A DNA stretch of 64,000 nt, the filler included, from Collodictyon triciliatum (lineage: Eukaryota): the NCBI GenBank assembly GCA_043381765.1. It is 9 parts of 9 records of this genome, joined end to end, with 100 filler letters (N's around TTAATTAATTAA, not from the genome) between each part and the next. Parts side by side here need not be neighbours in the genome. Positions count along the whole stretch, not along the records: positions 35,678 to 42,706 come from JBHJMP010004096.1; positions 42,807 to 49,835 come from JBHJMP010004097.1; positions 49,936 to 56,962 come from JBHJMP010004098.1; 6 more parts are not named here. One strand, 5' to 3'. The notes under the pieces are model-generated. The model was not told the origin of the DNA, did not search any database, and worked only from the letters and a program-made list of their open reading frames with translations. The translations under genes and the position numbers were made by a program. Shown here piece after piece: positions 39,401-53,064 of the stretch. Position 1 is the first letter of the stretch. Every line of letters starts with the position of its first letter.

Positions 39401-42105
39401 TGAGCCAAATGAATTTAAAAAATCAGGGCAAATTTTTCCGAATGAATTGACATGTTAAAGTGATTATAAATAGAGTACAGTTATGAAGAGAAATAATTAT
39501 ATAGATTAGGCTGTACTGCATAGAAAGAATTCTTAAGCTCATGATTGCCACTGTCGCGATGATGACTAGGATGACCTATAACACAGAGGTTTGTTGAATG
39601 CATTTAAGGTACTCATAGAATCCTAATCCGAAAACTCCACCATTTAGCACAAACTAAAGGAGCAATAAATAATTAAATAAATAAATAAATATAATAAAAA
39701 GGATCTCAAACTATAAAGAATCATACCGCAGTAAGAATTATCGGTGCGGATAGACAATATGCCATAGCCCTCAAATTAAAAGGATAGTATCTATTCAAAT
39801 CCTTCGTTATTGGGTCCAGTTGCAATTCACCCTTAAATTCGGATCTCATCGGCTCCTGTGATTATTTACAGGAATGTTAAATTATGCTAACATCCAAGTT
39901 TGGGAGGATACAATGAATATTAAAATATTATAGTGTATTTTAGGTAAAAATTGTATGTTTTTTATAAAGATATTCTTTTAAAAAAAGAACCGATTTATGA
40001 AATTTAAGAGCATAATTAAGAACCTCATTCTCATAGTCACTTGTTCCCCATAATACTGATTGTTGGTATTGCTTTCTTTTCCACAACTGTAGAAATGATA
40101 CCACTGGGGAATTTTTTCAAGATTGTTTTAAAATTTTATATTATTAACATGTTGACACGTAAAAAGGAAAAAAAGGACAAATTAAATAGAATGATGAAAA
40201 AAAGTGTTCAGCATAATATTAATTGTAATAATCATAATCATAATCAAAGTGATGGTGATAGATTGCAATAAAAAGGATATATAAGTATACGGAGCACATA
40301 GAAAAAAAGCAAAGGAGGAGAATATTAATTTATTGCAGAGGTGAGAGTGAGGCCATTACTCCATACGCTGATGAAGACACAATATGGAATAAGCATGATG
40401 TTATTGATTCCATCTACAACCCTATATTATTGAACAACACGTAGCATTTTAAATAAACTATGACAGTGATCCAATAAGTGACGATAGAATGGAAGCTTTT
40501 TTTTATTAACTCCATTTAAATATGTCAGTCCTGCAGATTTTTCTGATAGAATCTCACTCAAAATAATCGACAAATAAATTTGTCACTGCTAGGGGAATGA
40601 GACATTTGGTGTAATATTCTATTGATAATATAAAATAATACAAATGATAATAAATAATTATTGATTAATAATGATAAATTAAAAAGGGAATATTTCCGGC
40701 CTTATAAATGCATTAGCCAGATGTTAAGTTATTTTTGGCCAAAAAAAAAAAGTAAAATATTCTTAACCTAGCCATAGGAAATAGAATGCTACATAATCCC
40801 CAAAGTAGTCCCGGATATCATCAATAGGTTGATAAAGAAGCTTCTTATAATCCCACAGACGATTAATACCAGCCCATGAATCCTGTGAAAAAAATAATTA
40901 TTTGTACTTGTATTCATTTATAGCTTGGTGAGGCCAAACACTATAATCAAAATTTATGGTCGAAGCAAGGAAAAACTGACTTAAGTAATTAAGCTTTCAC
41001 AAAATATATAGTTCTCAATTGGATAATTTAAGTGCACGAAAAAAAGAACCATTACACCAAGTTTATGCAGTTGTGTGAAATTATGAAGTGGATAGATCTG
41101 GCGAAGATTCTCACGATAAAGTAACTTGAATGTGTCTAGATGGTATGAAAAAGAACATCGTGTTAGGGTAACAAGGATTTACATAAATCAAGCATTTGAA
41201 AAAATTTTCAAAAATAGAAATATTAAGGATGGCTTATATATATATAAATGGAAGAAAAAAGAATAAACGAATGCACTTATTCGTGCCCCTCCGTCCTTGA
41301 AGTCTGATTTAATAATTGATGCAATCAGTAAATTTCTAATCCCTGAACCAAAATGACATAAACCGCCGTCTTCTTGATTCTCAAACTTTTCAGCCTCGTC
41401 TCTTTTGAAGGGGATATAGATAGGATAATCCATCTAAAGAAATTTTTAGCATATCACAAACAACTGTGGGGGACAGCAGAGAAAAAGTCGCCTTTCAATA
41501 TTATGAGGAAAATTCCAATTATTTTATCTAGTAAATAAACAATCGTAGTTTCGAAGAAAAATAATGCAGACTCACTAAGAGATTTTACGATATTTTTAAC
41601 GCAAATAATTAGGACCTCTTGGAATAACTTGGATTATATAGAGCTAACTGTTACCGAATTTCTCTGCTTTAATCTACATTTTAGCCCAATCCTTTCTGCC
41701 TCTTCTTCTAGTCGACTTTTTGTAGCCCCTATTTTCACAAATATTTCATCCTTGTCAAGGGATCTAAAAGTTTTTTTGGGAAAAATTGTTCAATTGTAAA
41801 GTGGACTGAAGCATTTATGCTAGAAACAAAATGAAAGAGTGCACATTAATATAATGGTTGACTCATAAGATTTTTCGATGAACATAGGTGTCTGATAGGC
41901 TAAAAAAAGAAAAAAGGACATATGGAGAATTGTCCATACTCAGTATATTCAACCGTTAAACGTGACGCCAGTAGTCTTACTATGATCTCTTTTACAGAAT
42001 GCGGCTCCACATCATCATCAACCACGAACTCATCATCTAACTTACTCTTGTCAAAAATAATAATAACTTCCCAGAATATTAGACCGTCTAGGTGGACTCC
42101 CTATG
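36438..42105 (-). CDS. Anoctamin/TMEM16 channel or scramblase (many exons; first exon unresolved)
   Basis: QPIDDIRDYFGDYVAFYFLWL, EPMRSEFKG, NHRTESEYDDRLVTKIFIFQFINSYVSFFYIAFIK, AFTSN..FAIVLE|HILL. Confidence 0.92.
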
Positions 42106-42645
42106 AATTAGCTCTTATTAGATTGCATGACAGTTAAAAAATAGATATCAAAGCTCTAGGGTACGACTTAGTTTGTATTTTGTTGATTTCAGGGTTTTGG
42201 ACGGTGGTTAGAAGGAGTGTGTTTGATTCTCTATTTCTTCAAACATAAAAAGTATGTATCTTTCTAGGAATGCAGAAGAATGCCTGACTCAAACATAGGT
42301 GAGATTTTCCAATTTAATGGGCAGTGAAAGGTAGGTAAATTTTGAATGGATATTAGCACCGGGGTTTCGACGATTAAATGCGCAGCAGACTCCATGGTGA
42401 AACGGAGCCGATGTATTCTTGCCAGTTGTGATTTATACCCTGCTAAGTTTTTCTAGGTTGAAGGGCACAAGCTAACACCGGCCAGATCGTAGTGCTGTCA
42501 CGTGTCAAATGAAAGCTACCTTTATTGATTGATTCGTTTTCCCTTTCTTTCTTCTCTCTTTGTTTCTTTTTGTTTTTTTGTTTTTTGTTTTGTTTTGTGT
42601 TTTTTTTTGTGTTTTTTTGTTTTTTTTTTGTTTTTTTTGTTTTTT

Positions 42646-42706
<61 letters not shown>

Positions 42707-42853
42707 NNNNNNNNNNNNNNNNNNNNNNNNNNNNNNNNNNNNNNNNNNNNTTAATTAATTAANNNNNNNNNNNNNNNNNNNNNNNNNNNNNNNNNNNNNN
42801 NNNNNNATAAATTATTATTTCTTTTTTTTTTTTTTTTTTTTTTGCGATCAAAG

Positions 42854-45511
42854 GCGGCTAAAAATACTCTTTGCCTTCTGTCATTGGATTACATGCTACT
42901 CGGTCTTAAAGAAAAAGGCGTATCTCAAGCTTGGAGCTGGAAAAAGGTTTGCATACTCCTGTCTTTTTTTTCTTAGTTCATTCAAAGTGCTTTTTGTGTT
43001 CATCTCATTCTTGGCTTCTCCTTTTTACAAAATGATTAAATTCGGTATAGAATATAAGAGGACTCGAATCGAATTTATAGATTATAAACAAAAGACGGAT
43101 AATTAGAAAAATAAGGCAGAAACCCCTATACCATCCTTTTCTTGCAGGAAGCGTTTCACATGAAGCACATCATTCCAGAACCATTGACTTGTATGGCTGC
43201 ATCCCCAGATGGACTTTACTGCATCGGCGGCAGTGCATCGGGCAAAGGCTACTTTTGGATGGTTTGTTGAATCTCTGGGTGTATGATAATTAGTGAATAT
43301 ACTTACGAGAGAGTTAACTGCTTATCAATTTCAGTGTCATGTAATGCGCTAAGCAATGAAATATAGACTTCAACAGGCTCTTTGCTGCAAACTTGGGAAA
43401 TGCACTACAAGGCCGTTTCTTGTGTCAAATTCACTGATGATGGACTTTATGTCGTGTCTGGAGGACTGGATGGGCTTGTCCAAGTGTGGGGTGTCACAAG
43501 GTTCGATTCCAATTTATTATTAATTTTTTGAAGACGAGACAGCGGGTATATCTAACTGTCTCCATATAAAGTGTTCAAAATATCAAATTCCTTTGTGTTT
43601 AATCTCATTCATGAGAGTGCTCTGCACCATCACTCACTATTCCATAAATTTATTTTCGATCAGTTACACAAATTTAGTCGTGTCTGTGGTTGTATTCATC
43701 GCATTTATGCGTTATTGTATATCATCTATGTTTAATTCATCATTTATCATGTAAAATATCTCAATGGCTCTGTATTAGTTTGATATCAAACATGGAATCA
43801 TCCATCAAGCCACATCGAGTTTGGTCTAGTCATTCGCTTCCCATCACGTCAGTTGTTATTGGAATGGGTGGTTCAAGGGCTCATATATATACTACATCAC
43901 TGGATAGGACCTGCAAGGTTTAAGTCCTAATTGTATATTGCTATATTCGAGAAGGTTTTCGCCTCCCTATGAAAGATAGTTTGTAATTCTCTGCCCTGCA
44001 TTTTTTTAAATAAAATTGATAGCAATTACTCATTGTGCCATAGATATTCGACCTAGCATCAGGTGTGATGGTGAGGAGTTTACTTATCCCGACTTACGCG
44101 ACATGTTGTGTGGTCGATGCTGCTGAAAATGCGATATACATTGGCGGTGGCGATGGCAATATCTATCCGGTGACTACGTGCTAATAATAGTTTAAAAAAA
44201 TGTCTATTACGAGAATCTTAGTTCACATACTTTTGTTTCTTTTAAAGTAAATGTAAACGTGATATTGAGCTCAAACACATTCTAATAGAATTATCTTTAT
44301 ATAGTTCCTCTTTCATGCATCAAATGAACAGATAAATTCAACAAGCGAGTCGATTGAGGCATCAAAGGCTTTTGTTGGCCAAGGGTATCTAATTTAACTT
44401 AACTATCCTTTTACGTAGGCTTTTTCAATATTATTATCACAATCAATTCCAATGCCTAACGCTAATGAAAATTTGGACCCTACTTATGTGGACTCTGATT
44501 TTATCAATCAACAAAATACGCAACGACACATCTAGATCACCAGTCACATGCATGGCGATATCGATAGATGCCATTACGGTTGTTACTGGGACTCAGTCGG
44601 GTGTCGTTCAAGTGTGGGATGTACCAAGCCGACAAATTACTAAAGTCTTCAAGCACCATAAGGGTTAGACAAAAATAATACATGTAGCGATCAGATATAA
44701 TCTTAAGGATTCTTTAATTATTATTTTGTAAAAATAAAAATAAAAAAATCGTTTGTTACCAACATATTGGAAAAATTAATTGAAACTGAAAAGAAACTGA
44801 AAAGAAACCGAAAAGAAACCGAAAAGAAACCCAACAGAAACCCAACAGAAACCCAACAGAAACCCAAAACATTAAAAAGCATTATGTATCTGTGTGTGTC
44901 TTTATATTTTTCATTTGAGAGTGCCTTTATATTCAACATTTGAAAGGCTAGAGATGTACTACCTCGTTCTCACATATCTTTGAGATATATAGTGCCCACA
45001 ATTAACCTATCCACGTAGTCGAGCCGATTTTTGTAACCACTACCTCCTTTCTTTTCCTTTTCATATTTATTTTTTTTAAAAAAAAATCAAACTATTCTAG
45101 GAGAAATCACAAACATCGCTACTCTATTTCGTCCAGAGAGATTACCATCGTCCTCATCATCCGATGAAAACAGAGACATCCAAGACCTTCCACTTACTTC
45201 ATTAAAAAAGTTCCGAGACCATGACAGTATGGAAAACATGAGATATATCTACCACACCTCCCCTATCGACACATCTTGTGCGCTCTATCGATGAGGTAAT
45301 AAGGACTTCCGCTTACTAACCAGATGAAAGCACTGTCACCATTCGCCTGTGTCCGAAAAGAAAGCATGTGGATATCCCAAAAACCATGTCGGTGGCCAAC
45401 CAAGTATCTCTGATTGTATCACAATCCTCAGTAAGAGCATCGTTGGAAGTGTTTCGAAATTTCTTTGCACCGTCGATTCTGGCGGCGTTACAAAACAAAA
45501 CAAAACAAAAC

Positions 45512-45542
<31 letters not shown>

Positions 45543-45805
45543 TAAAATCATCTGACCGCAACTGTTTATTACAAGAACGTTGAACTCAGTCATGTATGGG
45601 TGATGAGTGAAAATTAATCCATTTTTCTTTTCGTTTGATACCCTAGATGGCCACGTCAAACTCATCTGCACTGACCAGGCTCGCAGAGGTCGAGAATGAG
45701 CTCCGAGAAACAAAGTCAAAGCACCAGCGTTTGGAAAAGACGTGCCAGCAGATGTACCGTATGTGTATGGATGTTGCTGTGCACGCGACAAAGGAAGCAG
45801 ACTAA
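42854..45805 (+). CDS. WDR18: WDR18/IPI3 (Rix1 complex WD40 protein), 5'-truncated
   Basis: IPEPLTCMAASPDGLYCIGGSASGKGYFW|TSTGSLLQTWEMHYKAVSCVKFTDDG..VSGGLDGLVQVW; WSSHSLPITSV..IYTTSLDRTCK; C-terminal coiled coil. Confidence 0.9.
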
Positions 45806-46494
45806 ATAAAAACAAAACAAAAAAAAAAATACAAATCCCACAGCGTATGCTGTTAAACCAGGCGCACGGTGTCTAAGGAATATCTGTAATACCATTTGGA
45901 ACAGGAGTAATCTCGACACAAATGCCCATCATGGTTCTGTAATTTAATATTTATTGGGCTCTCACCTCAAAAGAAATGATTACACCGCAACAATTCTGGT
46001 TTGAATTGAACCAGCCACCTTGATTTCATTTGCAGAGAAACAGGGTAAGTTGGTCATGGAAAGGCAGGGGATGAGTTTCAAGAGATATGGCCGAGCACAT
46101 GAATGGAAAGGGAAGCAGCTTGGCCGGTATATATTTCTTTAAGAGTCTGAGGGAATATGGTTTATGGTGAAAAAGAAAGAGTCAAAAAAAAAAGAGAGAG
46201 AGAGAGAGAAAAACTGCGCATCGTACTTCAGCCCCCTGGTAGCAAATGCTTCCGGTTCAAGACCTAGTGGACGAGCGGTAGATGAGAGCCAATCACAAGA
46301 ATCAAGACAGATAGTAATATCGTTGCCATGAGCGCTTACATCAACCCCTTGATTTTAGATCATTGATAATAAAAAAATTTTTTTTTTAAAAAAAACAACA
46401 AAATTAATCAATTCAATCATAAAATAAGAGAAAATATATGCACATATTTACATCTGAGGGCTGTCTGTGGAGCCGTCTATCGGCCGGGCGTGCC

Positions 46495-49400
46495 TTAGGG
46501 ATTCGCCTTCTTCTTGCCAGACTCCTGATTCAGCAACAAGAGGACTGCCGATATCTGCTCATTGGTGCTGGGCGTTTGGTCCTGGAGGCCATGGGCAGCA
46601 GTCGGGCCCTGCTCGGCCGAGTCGCCCTTTGATCTGGCGTGTGAGGGTTCGAATTGCCTCATGGCTTTTGTGAAGGGGTTTTTGCTTTTGATGGCGGCGA
46701 CATCGGCCAGCGTGGTGAGCGACCCGCCTGCAGTCTCTGGGCTCTCGGGTGGCGGCGAGCCGAACGGGTCAAGCGATGAGGAGCCCTGGGCGCCCACCGG
46801 GACGTGGGCTGGGACAGACGAGGCGGCCTGATGCTCGGTGCGAGGCCCTTCCGGATGTTCGCGCATAAGCACAGTTGCGGCAATGACAGGGGTTTGGAGG
46901 GCGTTCTGGGCCGAGCCCGAGGAGCCCGAAGGAAGTGGCTCGCCCATGATTTTGCGGATGTAGCCTTTTGGAGACGAGGAGGCCCGAAGTTCGGGGGCAC
47001 CGGGCTGGGCCGTTTCGTTGACCTTTGCCACCAAGGTAGTTACGGAGTTGGTTGGAGATGACTGCGAAAAGTCGGAGATGGACGATAGGGCAAGGACGGC
47101 GGATGTGCTGTCAGACTGTCGAATCGAGTGAAAGGGCTGCATGGGAGTAAAGAATGACCGTGCGTGCGCATAGGGAGACTCGTTTGTGGGCAGCTCGGAG
47201 TGGTACATCCCAAGAAGGTCGCTGCGGCTGTTGCCTCGGCTTTGGAATCCCAGCATACTCGGATGCACAAGAGAGTTGCTCTGCTCGTTTGGCGAGTAAT
47301 AAAACGGCGTGTGTGCGTGCGTGGAAGTGGTGATTGCGCTGTGCACAGATGCATTCGAGGGCAACAGGGATGACACTATACCGACAGGAGACTGAATCAT
47401 AGATTGCGATATCACTGGGTCAAACTGACTACTACGCCCGGAGTTAAAGACTGCTTGGTTGCTGGAAAAGGCGGCCATAGGTTCGGACTTTATCTCAATT
47501 TCTGAGGACTCAAAGGTCTTGGATTCAATAATAAGGCCATCAACTTGATCCGGATTGGTGCTCACGTGCTGGATTTCAAATATCGTGCGCTGTGATAAGG
47601 ACGACAGAGATTGTGGCATTTCTGCCCTTGTTTTCATTTTCTTTGGGGTTGGTTGGTTCGCAGTATTTGGATGTTTGTACTGACTTCGGCTTTGGTTGGT
47701 GCTGGAATGAAAGACGAGGTCATGATTTCTTTGTATTGGATTTACTACCATGGTAAATCTATTCATTAGGTCATGTGAGATTTCGGGTTCTATCTCAATC
47801 TTAGAAATGTTCTCACTAGCAGGTGCAGAGCATACTTGCACCAATCGGTCCATTTGAGAGGTCTGTGGGCCTAAAGCAATAAGCTGCTCGACAGCTACAT
47901 GATGAAAATGACTCACATCAAAGTGCATTCATCCAATTTTCGAGTAAAAGACAATGGGATAGGAACATAATAAAAATAAAAATAATAAAATACACAAGAC
48001 CGAAGACCTAAGACATACATACATACATACATACATACATACATACATACATACATACATACATACATACATACATACATACATACATACATACATACAT
48101 ACATACATACATACATACATTGCATACATTACATACACAAAAATAAAAAAGCAACATCGCTCTGCATTTTGCGATATGTGAATCGATACAACGGATTTCA
48201 TAAAGACTGAAAATATCTACGCACGAATGTAATGAGAAAATAATCAAGTTCTTACTTGGAAAATATACTTCGATCTTAATTCGTCGACTGCGTCGATCAT
48301 TACCAGAGGGGGTAAAGGTAGATACCCTCCCAATTGAATTCCAATAGGCCTTAATCTTTGAGAACTGGTTGACAATTCGCATGAATATTGCATCTTCAGA
48401 CTCTATTCTGGGAAGTTTGCTAACAGACCAGAACGGTGGAAATTTATATGTAAACAATGACATCCGGTCGCACGTTACATCAACTTTAAAGTGAACAAAT
48501 CCAAAGTTTGGGCCCTTGAATTCTGTCATATTGCAAGAATAGACATTGCAGCTCGTTTTGTTCACACCAAACTTTGTAATTAACAGTCTACCATGAACAA
48601 TAACCGTATCGATGAAAGTCTACATAATTAATTACTTTCAAGATGGTATTTATTGTACTTGAATTTTCGAGATACACTATTTCTTTCAGAATCATAAGTT
48701 GAATGGGGCCAACCATTGTCAAAATCAAATCGAATATCCCAAGAATGTTAATCGAGTCTGTATTACATGTGGCAATATAGTACGAATGTGTCATACAGCT
48801 CGCATTATAAAAAAAAATCATCACAATCCTATCTTTTCTCTTTTTTTTAAAAAAAACAACAACAACAAAAACAAAAAAAAGAACAACAAAAACAACTAAA
48901 ACAAAAACATATCTTTACAATCAAATGCATCCTATACTTCGCATCTGAACCAAGAAAATCGCGCCACACAGACAGAACCATATAAGCTTTAGTGTAAAAC
49001 ATACCTTAGGTGAGCCATTCAGCTTGATTCCGTCCTTAACTTCGCTACCTTGATGATCCACAAGGCTTATACGCATTTCTACGGGAGAATTCTGCTCCAT
49101 CTTGGGAGAAATGTGAGCTTCGAGAGTGAAAGGATCCGTTTCTGTAGTCAAGAAGCAAGGAAATGTGGGGAAAACAGGTATCCCTGTTTTATCACAATTC
49201 TGCGGGTCTGGGCTGTGTGTTTTAATCACAGTAATGTAAAATGTGTATCTATGATTCAAGAAAAGATTGTACATAAGCAATTTCATCGATCAACAGTTAT
49301 CGAATACGGTATTTTTATTTACTTATTCATATTGAAATAAAAAAAAAAGAGGACAACATTAGAGAGTGTTTTCCTTTATACCATATAGTGTTCATTTTTT

Positions 49401-49609
49401 TATTTCGTAGAATAATGATAATATTTTCATAAAAATAAAATAAAATAAAATAAAAGAATGAAAATGAAAACCAAAGTGAAAAAATAGATAGGCTTTTGTG
49501 ACTCTCTTTGGCGCGTGTGTCTGTATTTAACGTACGATCTGTCTTGGTAGGTGAACTCTCCCTTGCGAAACAGCTGAGGATCACTGTGTGCTAAAGAACT
49601 GCTCATCAT
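46495..49609 (-). CDS. Uncharacterised protein, putative transcription factor (beta-rich N-domain plus S/P-rich disordered tail); one internal exon unresolved
   Basis: Spliced exons MMSSSLAH.. | YTFYITVIK..EMRISLVDHQG.. | ..GVNKTS..VHFKVDV..FPPFWSVSKLPR.. | long low-complexity last exon with TPKKMK and LTTLADVA. Confidence 0.6.
48014..48120. repeat. (TACA)n microsatellite, intronic
   Basis: Read directly. The same motif appears as (TATG)n at 62551-63185, spanning an N gap. Confidence 0.95.
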
Positions 49610-49935
49610 TTGGGCAAACACAATTCAAGTGTTCCCGCGGGTGCTTTGCGGTCGGCGAACGAAATCTGCAGCAGAAGCTGACCACACAGGCGCTTCAGCG
49701 CACAAAGACATACAAATTAGAAATGAAAACAAATAAGAAAGGAAAAGAAAGGAAAAGAAAGGAAAAGAAAGGAAAAGAAAAGAAAAGAAAAGAAAAGAAA
49801 AGAAAAGAAAAGAAAAGAAAAGAAAAGAAAAGAAANNNNNNNNNNNNNNNNNNNNNNNNNNNNNNNNNNNNNNNNNNNNTTAATTAATTAANNNNNNNNN
49901 NNNNNNNNNNNNNNNNNNNNNNNNNNNNNNNNNNN

Positions 49936-52900
49936 TTGGATTGAATGTTCCTGCAGGGCATGGAGCACACAATTTATCTCCTAGGTTGCTGTAAAAACCA
50001 GCAATGCAATTACTACATGCCACTTGACCCTTTAGGTTACTAAACGTTCCAGCATCGCATTTTTTGCAAATTGATTGGCCCAAAAGATTATTAAATGTTC
50101 CTTCTTCACACAGAAGACATTCTATAAGACTCGTTGAGCCAGTTGATGGATTATAAGTTCCAGTTGGGCATAATAAACAAGAAGTGAGCTCATTTCCATT
50201 ATTGTAAGAGCCAGTTGGACATTTTTCGCATGTATTTGATTGTTGGTTGAAAAAGTATCCTCCTTGGCATGGACTCCATACTTTGATAAATCTATCAGTG
50301 CTTGCTGAGATTATTTTTGAATCAGTGGTAACGTAAACACTATTGACTGATTCTGTATGACTCAGAAGTGTTCGAATTACTCTTCCATCTGATATTGTCC
50401 ATATTTTTACCGATTTGTCACTGCTTCCAGAATATAATTTTGTGCCATCAGATGATATTGAAATGCTATTTACTGAACTTGAGTGCCCAGTAAGCGTTCG
50501 AATTAAAGTGCCATCTGACATATTCCAAATTTTGATTGTTTTATCGCTGCTTCCAGATATGATTCTTGTTCCATCTGGAGAAGTAATAACACATCTGACA
50601 GCATTTCCATGACCGGTTATGGTTCTGAGTAATGCTCCATCTGAGAGATTCCATACTTTTATTGAAAAATCAGCGCTGCCAGATATTATTTTGTTGTTAT
50701 CAGGAGAGATGAAAACAGAATTCACACTTTTAGAATGATCTGATAATGTTTGAGTTAAAGTTCCATCTGAAACTCTCCAAATATTTACAGTCATGTCATC
50801 ACTTCCTGATACTATAACAGAAATATCTGATGATATTGCAACGCTTCGAACAGCTGCAGTATGTCCGCTTAATGTTTTCAACAATAAACCATCCGAGAAA
50901 TTCCACATTTTTATTGTGCTATCACTGCTTCCTGAGACTATTTTTGTTCCATCAGCCGAAACAACTACACAATTCACAGCACTTGTATGGGCATTTATTG
51001 AAAGCGCTTGAGAACCATCAGCGTAATTCCAAATTCTTACTGTATTTTCACTGCCTCCTGACACAATTTTTGTTTTATCTTGGCTCAAAGCAACGCTATT
51101 CACTGAACTTGAGTGGCCTGAAACAGTCAAAATCAAGCTAAAATCAGGAAAGTTCCACAATTTGATTGTTGTATCGTCGCTTCCTGACAAAAATTTCGTG
51201 CCATCAGAAACAATTGATATTCCGTTAATTCCAAGAATGTGCTCGTTTATTACATGTATTGTGACTCCATTAGAAAAATTCCAAATTCTAACTGTTTTAT
51301 CAATACTGCCAGAAATAATCTTTGAGCCGTCAGAAGAAATCGAAACAGTGTTTACTACTCCGGTGTGCCCATTGAGTGTGCGAATTAAGCTCCCATCTAA
51401 AATGCTAGTTATTTTGATTGTTCTGTCGCTGCTTGCAGAAACAATTTTTGTTCCGTCTATGGTTATAGCAACAGAATTCACCGCATCAGTGTGAATTTTT
51501 ATATCTTGGACTAATGTTCCATCAAAAAAATTCCAAACTTTAATTGTTTTATCAGCACTTCCAGAAACAATTTTTGAGTTGTCAGGAGTTAAAGCAAGAC
51601 TTGTAATGATTCCAGTATGCCCACTTAACGTTCTAATTAATATCCCATCTGAAATACTCGTAACCTTGATCGTTTTGTCGCTGCTTCCTGAGACAATATT
51701 CGTTCCATCCGCTGTTAAGGCAACTGAACTAATTGCATCAGAGTGTACCTGGAAAGAATTAGTTAAAGTTCCATCATCAATGTTCCAGACTTTGATCGAT
51801 TTTTCAGAACTTCCAGAAATCACTTTGGAGCTATCTGGTGATAATATCAATGTGTTAACAACATCTGTATGTCCAATTAATGTCCTGATTAAATTTCCAT
51901 TAGACAGATTCCAAATCCTAATGATGCTGTCTGAATGGCCTGAAATAGTCGTTGATTTCGACTGAGACGAGGTTATGCTTGTAACTCTGGAACCTCTTGA
52001 GTAAATTAAGCTTCCATCAAGGAAATTCCAAAGTTTAACAGTTCGGTCATGGCTTCCGGAAACAATTTTTGAACCATCAGAGGTAACAGCAACACTCAAT
52101 ACACTAGCTAGGTGACCATTTAATGTCCGAATCAAACCACCATCGGAAAGGTTCCAAATTCTGATTGATTGGTCACCCCAATCTCCACCAGAAACAATTT
52201 TTGAACCATCAGGAGAAAAGGCAACGCATATTACACCACTTGTATGACCATTTAGTGTGCGAATCAAAATTCCATCAGAAAGATTCCAAATCTTGATTGT
52301 TTTATCATAACTTCCAGAAACAATGCTCGAACCATTAGGAGTAATAGCAACGCTCCAAATCGAATTTGTATGACCACTCAATGTACGAATCAAATTTCCA
52401 TCAGAGAGATTCCAAATTTTTAATTCGTTATCGAAACTTCCAGAAACAATTTTTGAACCGTCAGGAGTAACAGCAACACTCCGAACAATATTAGTATGAC
52501 TAGTCAATGTGCGAATCAAAGTTCCATCAGAAAGACTCCAAATTTTGATTGTTTTATCATAACTTCCAGAAACAATATTTTTTCCATCAGAGGTAACAGC
52601 AACACTGTTGACATCGTTGCTATAATGCCCGTATAATGTGCGAATCAAAGCTCCATCGGAAAGATTCCAAATTTTGATTGTATCATCTCCTCCACCAGAA
52701 ACAATTTTTGTGCCATCAGGAGTTACAGTAACACTATTAACTATCCAATTATCACCAGGAAAATTTAGTAACATGATTCCATCCGAAATATTCCATACTT
52801 GAATAGTGTTATACATAGTTCCAGTGGAACCGCCACTAGCAGAAACGAATTTTGAACCATCAGGAGTAACAGCAACACTCCAAACAGAATTGCAATGACC

Positions 52901-53064
52901 AGTTCCAACGGTGTAAATCGAAGATACTTGTGCCATACTGGAAATAATATGTCCGCAGATAATCATCCCTATTCAGAAATATTAATACTAAAGAAAATCA
53001 ATATATTACAATTTTATTGATTGAAACCTATCAGAATTCGCAGATGTGGAGAGCTTTTTGGCAT
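49936..53064 (-). CDS. Predicted secreted or surface protein: signal peptide + 21 WD40 repeats + Cys-rich ephrin-receptor-like (GCC2/GCC3) repeats; 3'-truncated
   Basis: Exon 53028-53064, 59-nt GT-AG intron (52969-53027), then a ~3-kb exon. N-terminus MPKSSPHLRILIGMIICGHIISSMA-QV. 21 GH..WN-type repeats, then CPTGSY/CPTGTY/CEEGTF/CDAGTF/CIAGFY/CPAGTF units. Confidence 0.88.

Noticed and set aside
48740-48800. Stop-codon reassignment suggested by two in-frame TAA codons
   Set aside because: TAA, TAG and TGA all end genes at expected C-termini here (ITFG1 FDAL-TAA, Eco1 TAG, GST TGA/TAA). An unresolved splice or indel is more likely.
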